The notes: generated from the sequence alone by a model not told the origin. DNA of 64,000 nt from an uncultured Terriglobus sp. (GCA_964242065.1 CAXTBQ010000002.1:22697-86696); one strand, 5' to 3'. Numbered from the stretch's first letter, positions 1 through 10,590 are shown. Made by a program: numbers and translations.

Positions 1-974
1 TCAATGTTGCCCACGATCGCCTCGATGAGGTCCTCGATGGTGACCAGCCCGGCCACTCCGCCGTACTCGTCGATGACGATGCGCATGTGCTGCTTCTCGC
101 TCTGCATCTCGCGTAGGAGTTCATTCACTCGCTTGGGCTCGGGCACAAATGCAGCCGGCCGGGTAATCTCGCGCACGGTGCGGGACTCAGCTTCGGCATC
201 GGCGATTTGCAGAAGATCGTGTGCGAATGCAATGCCGGTGATTTCATCCAGAGTGGTGGTGTAGACGGGTACGCGGGAAAACGCATTCTCGTTGATTTTC
301 TGGTTGAACTCAGCCAGGGTCAGCGTTTCGGGCACGGCAAACATTTCGGGCCGCGGCGTCATCACCTCGCGAACCACCATGTCGCCAAACTCCACCACGG
401 ACCGCACCAATGCGCGGTCGCTCTCTTCCAGGATGCCTTCCTCCTCGCCGGCTTCGAGCAGGGCATCCACGCCTTCGTCCGGGTGCTCTTCCTCTGCGTT
501 CTCGTCATGTTCCGCGAGTGACGCAATAGAGAGCAACAAGCCGAGCAGGAGTGTAACCGGCAGCACCAGGTAGAACAGCACGACCAGCACGGGACGCAGC
601 GGCTGCACCCACTCGCCCTTGGTACGCGAGAACAGGACCTGCGGTAGCAAGCGATCAAACAGAACGAGGACCAGGGCGATCTCTAACAGTGTTTCTGCGT
701 AAGCTGCCCAGCCAGCGCCGTTGGCACTATGAAGCGTCCGCGTGCCCAGCACCAATGCCACGGCGGCGACTGAAGTTTGCCGCAGCATGGACGCAGACAG
801 CGCGATATTGTCACGCGACAAACCGAAGCGGGGTTCCAGGCGCTCCACCCACGCGTCGAGGTTGTCCTGGTACTCGCGTGCCAGGAACTTGCCCATCTCG
901 GAGTAAACACGGTCTGCATACGACGCGATAGTTAACACGGCGAGCAGCAGACCGCAGGCGGCAAGCAGAATCAT
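1..974 (-). CDS. Hemolysin/CorC-family (CNNM + CBS domain) membrane protein, 3' end outside window
   Basis: Not in the ORF track because it is open at the edge. ATG at 974 overlaps the ybeY stop (ATGA). Reads MILLAACGLLLAVLTIASYADRVYSEMGKF... and ends IVIDEYGGVAGLVTIEDLIEAIVGNI, the CBS motif of TlyC/CorC proteins. Usual phoH-ybeY-corC order. Confidence 0.9.
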   Translation of the reverse strand, partial: MILLAACGLLLAVLTIASYADRVYSEMGKFLAREYQDNLDAWVERLEPRFGLSRDNIALSASMLRQTSVAAVALVLGTRTLHSANGAGWAAYAETLLEIALVLVLFDRLLPQVLFSRTKGEWVQPLRPVLVVLFYLVLPVTLLLGLLLSIASLAEHDENAEEEHPDEGVDALLEAGEEEGILEESDRALVRSVVEFGDMVVREVMTPRPEMFAVPETLTLAEFNQKINENAFSRVPVYTTTLDEITGIAFAHDLLQIADAEAESRTVREITRPAAFVPEPKRVNELLREMQSEKQHMRIVIDEYGGVAGLVTIEDLIEAIVGNI

Positions 975-1483
975 GGCTTCTGCACCGCAACAGCCTTCCT
1001 GGAAGCAGCCGCTTTCTTTCCTGTGGGGCGTGTTCTTTCAATCAGTCCGGCCGGCAACTTGAGCTTGCCGCGTAATTCTGCTTCCACCTTGCCCATTTCA
1101 CCCGAGTCCGCTTCGTGATCGTGGCCTGCCAGGTGCAGAACGCCGTGCAGCAGAAGAACGCGAAGCTCGTCCTGCAGGGTGTGCCCCTGTTCCCCTGCCT
1201 GGCGCGCGGCAGTGTCGAGTGACACGGCGAGGTCGCCAACTACGCCTTCGTCGTTGCGCCCGGCTGGAAAGCTCAGGACGTCCGTGGCCTTGTTCTTGCC
1301 GCGGAAGTCGCGGTTAAGTGCTTTGATGCGGGCGTCGTCGCAGATAAGAACGGTGATCTCGCCAGAGATGCCGGCAGCGCGACTGGCTCGGCCCAGGAAC
1401 CGTGCAAGGTCCCGTTTGCGCAGAGCCGCATAGGCCTCTGCGTTGCTCGATGGACTACTCGGAGGTTCAATAACGATCAACAC
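971..1483 (-). CDS. ybeY: rRNA maturation endoribonuclease YbeY
   Basis: LNRDFRGKNKATDVLSF and HGVLHLAGHDH zinc motif. Confidence 0.96.
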   Translation of the reverse strand: MLIVIEPPSSPSSNAEAYAALRKRDLARFLGRASRAAGISGEITVLICDDARIKALNRDFRGKNKATDVLSFPAGRNDEGVVGDLAVSLDTAARQAGEQGHTLQDELRVLLLHGVLHLAGHDHEADSGEMGKVEAELRGKLKLPAGLIERTRPTGKKAAASRKAVAVQKP

Positions 1484-1490
1484 GCCTCAC

Positions 1491-1520
1491 AAAACAGAAA
1501 GGGGCCGAGGCCCCTTCTGC
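1491..1520 (-). terminator. Intrinsic terminator-like hairpin after phoH
   Basis: Minus strand gcagaaggggcc-tc-ggcccctttctgtttt. Confidence 0.6.
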
Positions 1521-1543
1521 TATGTTACCGTGCAAGCCTCGTT

Positions 1544-2590
1544 CTACTGTGTCTTTCGCAGGATCGTTGGTGCTGCGGCAGGCCGTGGCGTTCCTGCATC
1601 GTCCAACGCGGTCTCCGTCAGCCCCAGGGTTAGCTGCTGCTCGCGCGTGTGTGTGTCGTAGGCACGCACAATGCGCTGCACCAGGTTGTGCCGTACCACG
1701 TCGCCATCCTGGAAGTGGCAGAAGCGGATGCCTTCCACGCCATTCAGCACATTCAGCGCTTCCAGCAGACCGCTGCGCTTGGGGTTCGGCAAATCAATCT
1801 GTGTCAGATCACCAGTGATGACGGCCTTGCTGTTCATCCCGAGGCGCGTCACAAACATCTTCATCTGCTCGTTGGTGGTGTTCTGCGCTTCATCCATGAT
1901 GATGAACGCGTCTGACAGTGTGCGACCGCGCATGAAAGCGAGCGGAGCGACTTCGATGACGCCTTTCTCCAGCAGCTTGTCGACGCGATCCTTTTCGAGC
2001 AAGTCGTAAAGCGCGTCGTACAGCGGACGCAAGTACGGATCGACCTTCTCCTGCAGGGAACCCGGCAGGAAGCCGAGACGCTCGCCCGCTTCCACCGCGG
2101 GACGAACAAGGATGATGCGGCTGACCTTTTTCGCCATGAGCGCAGATGCAGCCATGGCAACCGCAAGGTAGGTCTTGCCTGTCCCGGCCGGACCGATACC
2201 AAAGGTCATGTCGGCCTGTTCCATGGCCTCGACATACTTCTTCTGGTTGGGCGAGCGCGGATTGACCATGCGCTTGACACCGGAGGCGGTGCGCTGCCGT
2301 CCACTGTCCACCAGCGCCTTCAGACTTGTGTTGGGATCGGCAATCGCCAGCCTTAGCAAGGCGTGCAACTCGGGCCCGGCGAGCACCACACCACTGCGGC
2401 GCAAGCTGTCAAAATCACGAAACAGCCGTTCCACCAACTCCACGGCTTCCTGTTTGCCTTCTACAACCAGGCCGTGCGACCGGAGGTCGATCGTCACACC
2501 CAACTCTTTTTCCATCAATCGCAGGTTTTCGTCGCGGAGACCAAACATGGCTTCAGTGCTGGGCGTGATTTCGAGCGAGCTTTTTACCAA
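1544..2590 (-). CDS. phoH: PhoH-family ATPase/RNA helicase (YbeZ-like)
   Basis: GPAGTGKT, RPAVEAGERLGFLPG, RGRT, DEAQN, TGDLTQIDLP. TTG start at 2590 chosen because GGAGG lies just upstream. Confidence 0.93.
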   Translation of the reverse strand: MVKSSLEITPSTEAMFGLRDENLRLMEKELGVTIDLRSHGLVVEGKQEAVELVERLFRDFDSLRRSGVVLAGPELHALLRLAIADPNTSLKALVDSGRQRTASGVKRMVNPRSPNQKKYVEAMEQADMTFGIGPAGTGKTYLAVAMAASALMAKKVSRIILVRPAVEAGERLGFLPGSLQEKVDPYLRPLYDALYDLLEKDRVDKLLEKGVIEVAPLAFMRGRTLSDAFIIMDEAQNTTNEQMKMFVTRLGMNSKAVITGDLTQIDLPNPKRSGLLEALNVLNGVEGIRFCHFQDGDVVRHNLVQRIVRAYDTHTREQQLTLGLTETALDDAGTPRPAAAPTILRKTQ

Positions 2591-2784
2591 TGCGGACGAG
2601 CCTCCGTACACTTGCGGCGGTTGAATTGTTTAGGAGTTAGACGTTGCCGGGGAGCAAACCTGGTGGCGCGGAGGCCACGAGCAGCGGCGGGAATGGCTGC
2701 GAATGATGCGGACGGGTTGGCGGAAATCACCAAGTCGGCTCGAAGTTGAGTGGAGCATACCCCTGTGACATGTCAGCGTCAAGG

Positions 2785-2821
2785 ATAAAGTCGGCCAAAT
2801 CCCGAAGGCTCTGGCCGACTT
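2785..2821 (-). terminator. Hairpin terminator after the TonB-dependent receptor gene
   Basis: aagtcggcca ... tggccgactt 10-bp inverted repeat about 20 nt past the stop. Confidence 0.55.
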
Positions 2822-2843
2822 ACCGCGAAAGGAAGAGTACTGC

Positions 2844-5800
2844 TTAGAAAGATGCCCGTAGCGACAGTTGAAATTGTCGCTGAGCACCCAAACCTACCTG
2901 GTTCCCCACTGTGCTGGTCAACTGGCCAAAACCGGTGGCTGTGGCGGCATTGAATGGCGTGCCGGGCTGCAGGGTGGATGCTGAGGTAAGCCCCGCGGCG
3001 TTGGTTGGAATGGACTGGTTGAGGCGCACCGTGCCGGGATTGGCGAAGTTGGCATGGTTCAGGATGTTGAACCCGTCTGCCTGAAATTTCAGTCGCACGC
3101 GCTCGGTGAAGGCGAAATCTTTGGAAAGCGTCACATCCAGTTGCGCCAGGTTCGGGCCGCTGATGTCGTTCCGGCGCGCATTGCCGAAGGTGCCGGCAGC
3201 CGGTGTGGAGTAAGCAGCCGGATTGATGAACTGCAAGCCGTTCCGCAGAATGGGGTTGACGCCAGGCACAATGTTCGGCCGCCGGATGTTCCGCGTGTTC
3301 CCGCCTCCGGGTACATTCTGCACGGCAAGGGTGCAAATTCCCGGGCCGTAGAGCGCGCCGTTGCTGACAAACGCCGGGCAGGACGGGCTGGTCACTGGGC
3401 TGGAGAACGTCTGGCCCGCATACGGACTGCCGCTTAAGCCAACGTAAGCCACGTCTGGCCGCGTAATGAGCACGTCGATCGGCACACCGGTGCGGAAGTT
3501 GACAATGCCGCCAAGCTGCCAGCCTCCGGCGACCGTGTCCAGCGGACCGGACAGGGTGAACTTGCGTCCCCTGCCGAACGGAAGGTCATACAACGTGGAA
3601 ACATTGAGAGAGTTGCGAATGTCGAAGGTGCCGCGGCCGTACTCCGCTTTGGCCCCGTAGATCTGCAGAGGCTCCTGGGCGGTTGTGGCCTCGTTCGAGC
3701 CTGAGGACGTACCCAGCTCGTGTGCCCAGGTGTACTGCGCGCCCAGGGACAGGCCGCTGGCAAACCGGCGCTGCAGTGTCGTCTGCAAGGCGTTGTACTG
3801 ATCGGTACCGCCGCTAGTCTTGTAGTCAATTTCAGCGAACCGGCCTCCGAACTGGCGTACGGCGGTACCGGCACCTGTTGTGCCATTCGTTGTCACATTC
3901 GTGATGAGGTTGGTAATGGATCGCAGAAACAGGTTCCGACCGCTGGATCCCACGTAACCCACCATGAACTGGAAGTTGCCGGGCAGTTGCTGCTGGATAG
4001 ACGCGGTGTAGCTGGTGACGCGCTCCGGCACCTTGTACGTCGGTGTGTAGGCGCGCGGCTGATAACCCAGCGTGGGACTGTTGATGTCGTACGTCGCATA
4101 GACATCGTTTTGCGGGCTGATGGGGTACACTTTGCCACTGCCGGCGGCAAAGGTACGGGTCACACGATCATTTGCTTCGGGCTGGATCTGGTCTTCTGTT
4201 TGGCCGGGTCCGTAATACACGCCTCCGCCCAGGCGGAGCACCGTATTGTTGTGCAGGGCAGCCGGAGCGTACGTCAGCGCTACGCGCGGTCCGAAATTGT
4301 TCTTGTTGCTGTTGAACCAGTCACCCGAGTACTTCGGGATGATGGTGCCGGTTGGAATGTCGAAGTACACATCCTTGTTCCGTGTCTCGTGCAGAGGCGA
4401 ATAGTATTCATATCGCAAACCGTAGCTCAGGGTCAGGTTCGGCTTAATCTTCCACTCGTCCTGCGCATAACCGATGTAGTAGGTCTGCTTGACCTGTGCG
4501 TTACCGCTCAGGCCGGTAAACGGACTCAGGTCGCTGAGGGTGCCAAAGAACTGGATTTGCGACGGCGTGTTGGTGAGGAAAGTTGCCACGGAGGCGTAGG
4601 TGTAGGTGGTGCCGCCAATCTGGTTATTGTAGAGCGAGCGGGGCCGAACTTCCACGCCGTACTTGGTGTTGTGGTTGCCGAGCACGGCAGAGAAGTTGTC
4701 AATAAACGAGTATTCCTGCGCGGTATAGGGTGCGCCCACACCGTTGAACGAACTGGAAAGGCTGATCAGCGCGCCAACGTTGGTGAGGCCGCCGATGGCG
4801 ATGCGGCTGGCGCTCAGGTCAGCGTTGGGGCTGGCGCCGGACACGCCGGCAACACGCATCTTTACGCCGTTGAATCCGAACTTGCTCTCATTGAAGAACC
4901 GTGACGAAAGCACCTGATTCAGGACCAGCGTGCCGTTCTGCGGAACTTCCACCTGGTTGAAGCGGCTCAGCGAGGCATCCTGTACCTGGGATGAGACGCC
5001 CTGATCGCGGTTGTAGCGGGCGTACAGGTTGAAGCGATCGTTCACGTGGTAATCGAAGCGGATGTCGCCGAAGTTTTCCTGAATGGTGTTCTGCCCAGCG
5101 TTGATGGCAAGCGAAAGATTGCCGCTTGCGTCCAACGTGTTCGCCACAGGGAACGCTGCCGCCAGGCTTGCCAGAGAAGTGCCTGAGAGCGCTGTGCGCT
5201 GCGACGCGGTAAGTGTGGTTCCGCTCACGGGTACAGACCAGGTCTGCCGCAGCCCTTCGTATGCGCCAAAGACGAACAGCCTGTCTTTGATGAGTGGTCC
5301 GCCCAGGGATCCGCCGAACTGATTCAGGCGAAACTTCGGCGAGTTGTTCACTGTGTTCCGGCGATTGAAGTAGTTGCGAGCGTCGAAGAAGTCGTTGCGA
5401 ACGTACTCAAAGGCCGAACCGTGCAGCTTGTTACTGCCCGACTTGGTAACAAAGCTGACCTGCCCACCGGTACCTGTGCCGAGTTCCGCCGGCGTGTTGG
5501 AAGAGTCCACGCGGAATTCCTGTACGGCTTCCAGCGACTGCTGCAGCCGAAACAGCGACGTCAACTCGCCGTTCAGGTTACCTGGTGAGGTATCGATGAC
5601 CGACCCGGCGTCAATGCCATCGATGCGGATGATGTTTTGTTCAACCGAACGGCCCGAGAAGTGGATGTTGTCAAAGGTTCCGTTGCCTGCGTTGGTTGCG
5701 CCGGGCGTGAGCAGGTAAAGCTGGGAAATCTGGCGGCCGTTGATCGGCAGCTGTTCGATTTCGCGCGACGGAATGTTTGCGCCGATTTTTGCCGAGGACG

Positions 5801-6197
5801 TATCGAGGTCGACGGTGTTGGACGCGTTGACGGTCACGGATGTCTCCGCGCCGGCAAGCGACAAGGTGAAGTCTTTGGTCAGCTCCTGACCCACCGCCAC
5901 TACGAGGTTGCGCTGTACATTGTTCGAGAAGTTTTCGGCCGTGATCTTGATGTCGTATGTGGCCGGTGGCAGCGAAACGGCAACATAGAGGCCGCTGCTG
6001 TTCGTGGTCACGGTACGGACTTGTCCTGTGGTCTCGCTGGTAATCTCCACCTGTGCGTTGGCCACAGCAGCACCGCTGGGGTCTGTGACGGTGCCGGTGA
6101 GCCGGGCTGTCGTTGTCTGCGCGTAGAGCGCGCCGGCAGTAAGACACAGGGTGGTCGCCACCCGTGCGGGTAAGGAAATGGAGTGTTCTGGCCTCAT
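2844..6197 (-). CDS. TonB-dependent receptor, Oar/carboxypeptidase-regulatory-domain type
   Basis: Signal peptide, GTVTDPSGAAV N-domain, LPINGR, TKSGSNKLHGSAFEYVRN, YAQDEWK, LSYGLRYEY, C-terminal RQFQLSLRASF. Confidence 0.93.
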   Translation of the reverse strand: MRPEHSISLPARVATTLCLTAGALYAQTTTARLTGTVTDPSGAAVANAQVEITSETTGQVRTVTTNSSGLYVAVSLPPATYDIKITAENFSNNVQRNLVVAVGQELTKDFTLSLAGAETSVTVNASNTVDLDTSSAKIGANIPSREIEQLPINGRQISQLYLLTPGATNAGNGTFDNIHFSGRSVEQNIIRIDGIDAGSVIDTSPGNLNGELTSLFRLQQSLEAVQEFRVDSSNTPAELGTGTGGQVSFVTKSGSNKLHGSAFEYVRNDFFDARNYFNRRNTVNNSPKFRLNQFGGSLGGPLIKDRLFVFGAYEGLRQTWSVPVSGTTLTASQRTALSGTSLASLAAAFPVANTLDASGNLSLAINAGQNTIQENFGDIRFDYHVNDRFNLYARYNRDQGVSSQVQDASLSRFNQVEVPQNGTLVLNQVLSSRFFNESKFGFNGVKMRVAGVSGASPNADLSASRIAIGGLTNVGALISLSSSFNGVGAPYTAQEYSFIDNFSAVLGNHNTKYGVEVRPRSLYNNQIGGTTYTYASVATFLTNTPSQIQFFGTLSDLSPFTGLSGNAQVKQTYYIGYAQDEWKIKPNLTLSYGLRYEYYSPLHETRNKDVYFDIPTGTIIPKYSGDWFNSNKNNFGPRVALTYAPAALHNNTVLRLGGGVYYGPGQTEDQIQPEANDRVTRTFAAGSGKVYPISPQNDVYATYDINSPTLGYQPRAYTPTYKVPERVTSYTASIQQQLPGNFQFMVGYVGSSGRNLFLRSITNLITNVTTNGTTGAGTAVRQFGGRFAEIDYKTSGGTDQYNALQTTLQRRFASGLSLGAQYTWAHELGTSSGSNEATTAQEPLQIYGAKAEYGRGTFDIRNSLNVSTLYDLPFGRGRKFTLSGPLDTVAGGWQLGGIVNFRTGVPIDVLITRPDVAYVGLSGSPYAGQTFSSPVTSPSCPAFVSNGALYGPGICTLAVQNVPGGGNTRNIRRPNIVPGVNPILRNGLQFINPAAYSTPAAGTFGNARRNDISGPNLAQLDVTLSKDFAFTERVRLKFQADGFNILNHANFANPGTVRLNQSIPTNAAGLTSASTLQPGTPFNAATATGFGQLTSTVGNQVGLGAQRQFQLSLRASF

Positions 6198-6214
6198 GGT
6201 GCCAGCTTCTGCAA

Positions 6215-6258
6215 ACAGTGTTGCGGCACCGTGATGGCGGCATGAATGTCCGGTTACA
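6215..6258 (-). promoter_or_regulatory. Candidate Pho-box-like direct repeats and -10 for the TonB receptor gene
   Basis: Minus strand TGTAAC-N5-ATTCAT-N5-CATCAC (11-nt period), then 10 nt, then CACTGT. Confidence 0.45.
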
Positions 6259-6373
6259 ACTCCACCGCTCCCGCTTGTAGAAGATTCTGGTAGAGACAGA
6301 TTCAGAGCTTTGCAACAAGTGTGCGGTATGGTGAAACTGGATGTTCCGTATATGCAAGCCGCAGGAGGGAGGC

Positions 6374-7384
6374 ATGAAGCTAGGTCTCACTCTCGCACTG
6401 GCCGCACACATGCTGCCGCCAGTCATGCTCCCTGCGCAGCAACTGAACGGCGCGGGCGCGAGCTTTCCAAACCCTATCTACTCCCGCTGGTTTGCCGAAT
6501 ACGCCAGGCTGCGGCCGGGTGTGCAGATCAACTACCAGGCCGTGGGTTCCGGTGCCGGCATCCGCCAGGCATCGGAGGGCATCGTCGACTTCGGCGCGTC
6601 GGACACGCCGATGACCGACCAGCAAATGAACGCCGCATGGGTGAAGTTGTTTCACATTCCCACGGTGCTTGGGGCGGTAGTTCCGACCTATAACCTGCCG
6701 GGCTTTCAGGGAGATCTTCGCTTTTCCGGTGACGTGATCGCGGACATCTATCTCGGCAAGATCACGCAGTGGCGCGATCCGCGCATCCTGGCGATCAATC
6801 CCGGCGCAAGCCTGCCTGACCACGACATCCTGCCGGTCTACCGGTCCGACGGCTCCGGGACCACGTTCATCTTCACGGACTACCTGGCAAAGAACTCGCC
6901 GGAGTTTCTCCAGCGCGTCGGCCGCAACACCTCGGTACGTTGGAAAATTGGCATCGGGCAAAAGGGAAATGAGGGCGTGGCCGGTATGGTGCACAACACG
7001 CCGTACTCCTTCGGCTACGTGGAACTGATCTATGCCCTGCAGAACAGGATGCCGTTTGCCGCCGTGCGGAACGCTTCCGGCAACTACGTGCGCGCCTCTC
7101 CAGACACCGTAAGCGCGGCAGCGGCTGCCACGGCAAAGTCCATGCCGAACGATTTCCGCCTTTCCATCACAAACGCTCCGGGTGCGAATGCCTACCCTAT
7201 CGCCTCGCTTACCTGGCTCTTGGTGCCGCTGCAATCACCGGATCCGGCAAAAGGGCGCGTCCTGAAGGACTTTCTGCAGTGGATGCTGCAGCACGGCGAA
7301 GCCGAAGCGGCAGCGTCAGCCTACGCTCCGCTGCCCGCAGAAGTAGCTGCCAAAGTGGCAGGCGCGGTGCAGTATCTGAAGTAA
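6374..7384 (+). CDS. pstS: Phosphate ABC transporter substrate-binding protein
   Basis: GAGASFP, GSGAG, DFGASD, RSDGSGTT, KGNEGVA. ATG at 6374 follows GGAGG. Confidence 0.96.
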   Translation: MKLGLTLALAAHMLPPVMLPAQQLNGAGASFPNPIYSRWFAEYARLRPGVQINYQAVGSGAGIRQASEGIVDFGASDTPMTDQQMNAAWVKLFHIPTVLGAVVPTYNLPGFQGDLRFSGDVIADIYLGKITQWRDPRILAINPGASLPDHDILPVYRSDGSGTTFIFTDYLAKNSPEFLQRVGRNTSVRWKIGIGQKGNEGVAGMVHNTPYSFGYVELIYALQNRMPFAAVRNASGNYVRASPDTVSAAAAATAKSMPNDFRLSITNAPGANAYPIASLTWLLVPLQSPDPAKGRVLKDFLQWMLQHGEAEAAASAYAPLPAEVAAKVAGAVQYLK

Positions 7385-7398
7385 CCGTTGGACTCCGA

Positions 7399-7415
7399 AT
7401 TCACACAGCATTCAC
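7399..7415 (+). promoter_or_regulatory. Candidate Pho-box-like repeat upstream of pstC
   Basis: ATTCAC-acagc-ATTCAC, 11-nt period. Confidence 0.4.
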
Positions 7416-7484
7416 GAACGAAGCCGGATGCAGCCGCCTCTGTTCCATAGTCTTTAACCAGCAACATCTGATAGCGCCTACCCG

Positions 7485-8501
7485 ATGCCGAACGCCATTC
7501 TGAGTGAAACTGAGCAGGAAGCCCCATCTTCGGCGAGGTCTGCTTCTACAGGCATCCGCGACTTCCTGGCCAGCCGCGGCAGCGGCAGCACGGCAGACAA
7601 TGTATTCGGCAGCCTGGTCTTCCTCTGCGCGCTGAGCATCCTGCTGATTGTCGGCGCAATCCTGTACATGCTGGTGACGCACTCGCGCCTGTCGCTGCAC
7701 GCGTTTGGAATCGGCTTCTTCTTCCGGGATGCATGGAACCCGGTGCTGGGTGACTTCGGCGCGTTGCCATTTATCTTCGGTACGCTTGCCACGTCGTTCA
7801 TCGCACTGTGCCTGGCCGTGCCCCTGGCCCTGTGCGTGTCGATCTTCGTCATGGAAATCTGCCCGGAGCCTCTGCGCGGCACGGTCACGTTCCTGACCGA
7901 ACTGCTGGCCGCCATCCCCTCTGTGGTCTACGGCTTGTGGGCCGTGTTTGTGCTGGTGCCCATCATGCGCGATCAGTTGGGGCCGCTGATGGTGAAGACA
8001 TTGGGCTGGACGCACCTGTTCACCGGGCCGAATTTCGGTGAGGGCATACTGACCGCGGGCATCATCCTCTCGATCATGATCCTGCCGGTGATTTCGTCCA
8101 TCACGCGTGAGGTGATGAGCGCCGTTCCCGTCAGCCAGAAGGAAGCCGTACTGGCGCTGGGCGCAACGCGTTGGGAGATGGTCCGCATCGCGGTGCTGCG
8201 CAACGCACGGATCGGCATTGTGGGAGCAGTCATCCTCGGGCTGGGCCGCGCTCTCGGCGAGACCATGGCGGTCACCATGGTGATTGGTAATAATCCGCAA
8301 ATCTCAAAGAGCTTGTTCACCCCTGGCTATACGCTGGCGAGCGTGCTGGCAAACGAGTTTACGGAAGCGACGGGCGATCTATACCTGTCGGCGCTCATCG
8401 AGATCGGTCTGGCGCTGTTCCTGGTCACCGTGCTGGTAAACACGATCGCGCGCCTGCTGGTATGGGCGGTGACGCGCGGCGGCATGGTGAAGGCGAATTG
8501 A
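7485..8501 (+). CDS. pstC: Phosphate ABC transporter permease
   Basis: ELLAAIPSVVYGLW, EAVLALGATRWE, GRALGETMAV. Confidence 0.96.
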   Translation: MPNAILSETEQEAPSSARSASTGIRDFLASRGSGSTADNVFGSLVFLCALSILLIVGAILYMLVTHSRLSLHAFGIGFFFRDAWNPVLGDFGALPFIFGTLATSFIALCLAVPLALCVSIFVMEICPEPLRGTVTFLTELLAAIPSVVYGLWAVFVLVPIMRDQLGPLMVKTLGWTHLFTGPNFGEGILTAGIILSIMILPVISSITREVMSAVPVSQKEAVLALGATRWEMVRIAVLRNARIGIVGAVILGLGRALGETMAVTMVIGNNPQISKSLFTPGYTLASVLANEFTEATGDLYLSALIEIGLALFLVTVLVNTIARLLVWAVTRGGMVKAN

Positions 8502-9388
8502 TGGAGCCTGCCATGCAAGGTCCAAATCGCGCGGTCCGCACCAACGTGATGCGACGCGTCTTCGCCGATCACCTGATGACGGGGATCGCAGTCGTGGGCA
8601 CCGCCGTAGTGCTTATTCCGCTTGCGGCCATTTTGGCGTACCTGCTGTTCAAAGGCGCAAACTCGCTGAACCTGGCCTTCTTCACCCGCTTGCCCCGACC
8701 GGTAGGTGAGGTGGGCGGCGGCATGGCGAACTCGATCCTGGGCTCAGGCATCATCCTCACGGTGGCCAGCCTGCTTGGCATACCGATCGGCATTGCCGGC
8801 GGCGTGTACCTGGCGGAGTACGGCCGAGGCAAGTGGACCGGCGGTGTGATCCGCTTTGTGGCTGACGTGCTGAATGGCGTGCCGTCGATTGTGATGGGCA
8901 TCGCCGGCTACACGCTGATCGTGGTGCACCAGCGGCATTTTTCGGCAATTGCGGGAGGCCTGACCCTGGCCTTCATGATGGTGCCGACAGTGACCCGCAC
9001 AACCGAGGAAATGCTGCTGACGGTGCCGCACTTTATTCGAGAGGCCGCACTGGGACTCGGCGTGCCCCGCTGGCGCACCATCTTGTCTGTGAGCCTGCGG
9101 ACGGCGCTGCCGGGCATCATCACCGGCTGCATGCTGGCCTTTGCTCGCGTCGCCGGAGAGACGGCACCGCTGCTGTTCACCGCGTTCGGCAGCCAGTTCT
9201 GGCCGCGCAACCTGAACCAGCCCATGGCTGCGCTGCCCTTGCAGATCTTCACGTATGCGCTGTCGCCGTATGAGGAGTGGCACCGGCTGGCATGGGCCGG
9301 CGCGCTGGTGCTGATTACCATGATCATGGTGTCTGTTGGGCTGGTGCGGTACGTGACGTCGCGCGGCACGCTAAAGGGAGGCCGCTGA
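8501..9388 (+). CDS. pstA: Phosphate ABC transporter permease
   Basis: GVPSIVMG, REAALGLG, ARVAGETAPLLFT. ATG overlaps the pstC stop. Confidence 0.96.
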   Translation: MEPAMQGPNRAVRTNVMRRVFADHLMTGIAVVGTAVVLIPLAAILAYLLFKGANSLNLAFFTRLPRPVGEVGGGMANSILGSGIILTVASLLGIPIGIAGGVYLAEYGRGKWTGGVIRFVADVLNGVPSIVMGIAGYTLIVVHQRHFSAIAGGLTLAFMMVPTVTRTTEEMLLTVPHFIREAALGLGVPRWRTILSVSLRTALPGIITGCMLAFARVAGETAPLLFTAFGSQFWPRNLNQPMAALPLQIFTYALSPYEEWHRLAWAGALVLITMIMVSVGLVRYVTSRGTLKGGR

Positions 9389-10147
9389 GTGGGACTGGAT
9401 ATCCGTGTCGAACGGTTGAACGCCTGGTACGGGCAAACGCACACGCTGAAGGATGTGGACCTGCACATCCCGGCAAACCACGCCACGGCGCTGATCGGGC
9501 CGTCCGGCTGCGGCAAGTCCACGTTCGTGCGCTGCCTGAATCGTATGCACGAGACCAATCCCGCTGCCCGCGTGGAGGGCTCGGTCTGCATGGGCGAGAT
9601 GGACATCTACCGAGACGCGTCGCCCGTGGAAATACGCCGCCGGGTGGGCATGGTGTTCCAGCGCCCCAATCCGTTTCCAACCATGTCGATCTACGACAAT
9701 GTAGCGAGCGGCCTGAAGCTGAACGGGTTCCGCCGCCGCAACGTGCTGGATGAGGTGGTGGAGCGTTCGTTACAGCAGGCGGCGCTTTGGGATGAGGTCA
9801 AGGACGATCTACGGCGCAAGTCCGGCGCGAGTCTTTCCGGCGGTCAGCAGCAGCGCCTTTGTATCGCGCGCGCACTGGCAGTGGACCCGGAAGTGCTGCT
9901 GATGGACGAACCCGCCAGCGCACTGGACCCGGTATCGACCTCAAAGATCGAGGACCTGATCTTCCAACTGAAGAACCAGTACACGATCGTCATCGTGACC
10001 CACAACATGCAGCAGGCCGCGCGCGTCGCCGAAAACACCGGTTTCTTCCTGTCCGGCAAGTTGGTGGAGTTCGACGCGACGCACAAAATCTTTACCAACC
10101 CGTCAGACAAGCGGACGGAAGATTACATCACCGGCCGCTTTGGCTGA
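9389..10147 (+). CDS. pstB: Phosphate ABC transporter ATP-binding protein
   Basis: [37 protein letters not shown]. Confidence 0.97.
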   Translation: MGLDIRVERLNAWYGQTHTLKDVDLHIPANHATALIGPSGCGKSTFVRCLNRMHETNPAARVEGSVCMGEMDIYRDASPVEIRRRVGMVFQRPNPFPTMSIYDNVASGLKLNGFRRRNVLDEVVERSLQQAALWDEVKDDLRRKSGASLSGGQQQRLCIARALAVDPEVLLMDEPASALDPVSTSKIEDLIFQLKNQYTIVIVTHNMQQAARVAENTGFFLSGKLVEFDATHKIFTNPSDKRTEDYITGRFG

Positions 10148-10300
10148 GGGAATGCGCGAGGGCAGTTGCTTTGTGGCGCTGCGTCTTCTATGCTTAGAAG
10201 GTTGCGGTGGGCCATGCCCGCCCGCGCCACCCAGACGCACAAAGATTCGGCACGGCCCAGCGGCTTCGAGGCTCGTCCACCCAAAGAAGAGAGTATTTGA

Positions 10301-10576
10301 ATGGCAAACCATGTTTCGTCGCTGAAGCGCTCCAAGCAAACCCTTGTGAAGACCGCCGTGAATCGTTCTAATCGCAGCAAGCTTCGCGGCGCTCTGCGCC
10401 TGATGCGCGAGGCCCTGGTGAAGGGTGATGCCAATGCGGCGAAGGAACTGTACCGCTCCACCACGTCCATTCTCGACAAGAGCGTGCAGAAGGGCGTGTT
10501 GCACGACAACACCGCATCACGCTACAAAGCTCGCCTGAATGCGCGCGTGAAGGCGTTGGCCACCAAGGCCGCATAG
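10301..10576 (+). CDS. rpsT: 30S ribosomal protein S20
   Basis: [10 protein letters not shown]...[21 protein letters not shown]. Confidence 0.96.
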   Translation: MANHVSSLKRSKQTLVKTAVNRSNRSKLRGALRLMREALVKGDANAAKELYRSTTSILDKSVQKGVLHDNTASRYKARLNARVKALATKAA

Positions 10577-10590
10577 TAGATTCTGCACAC

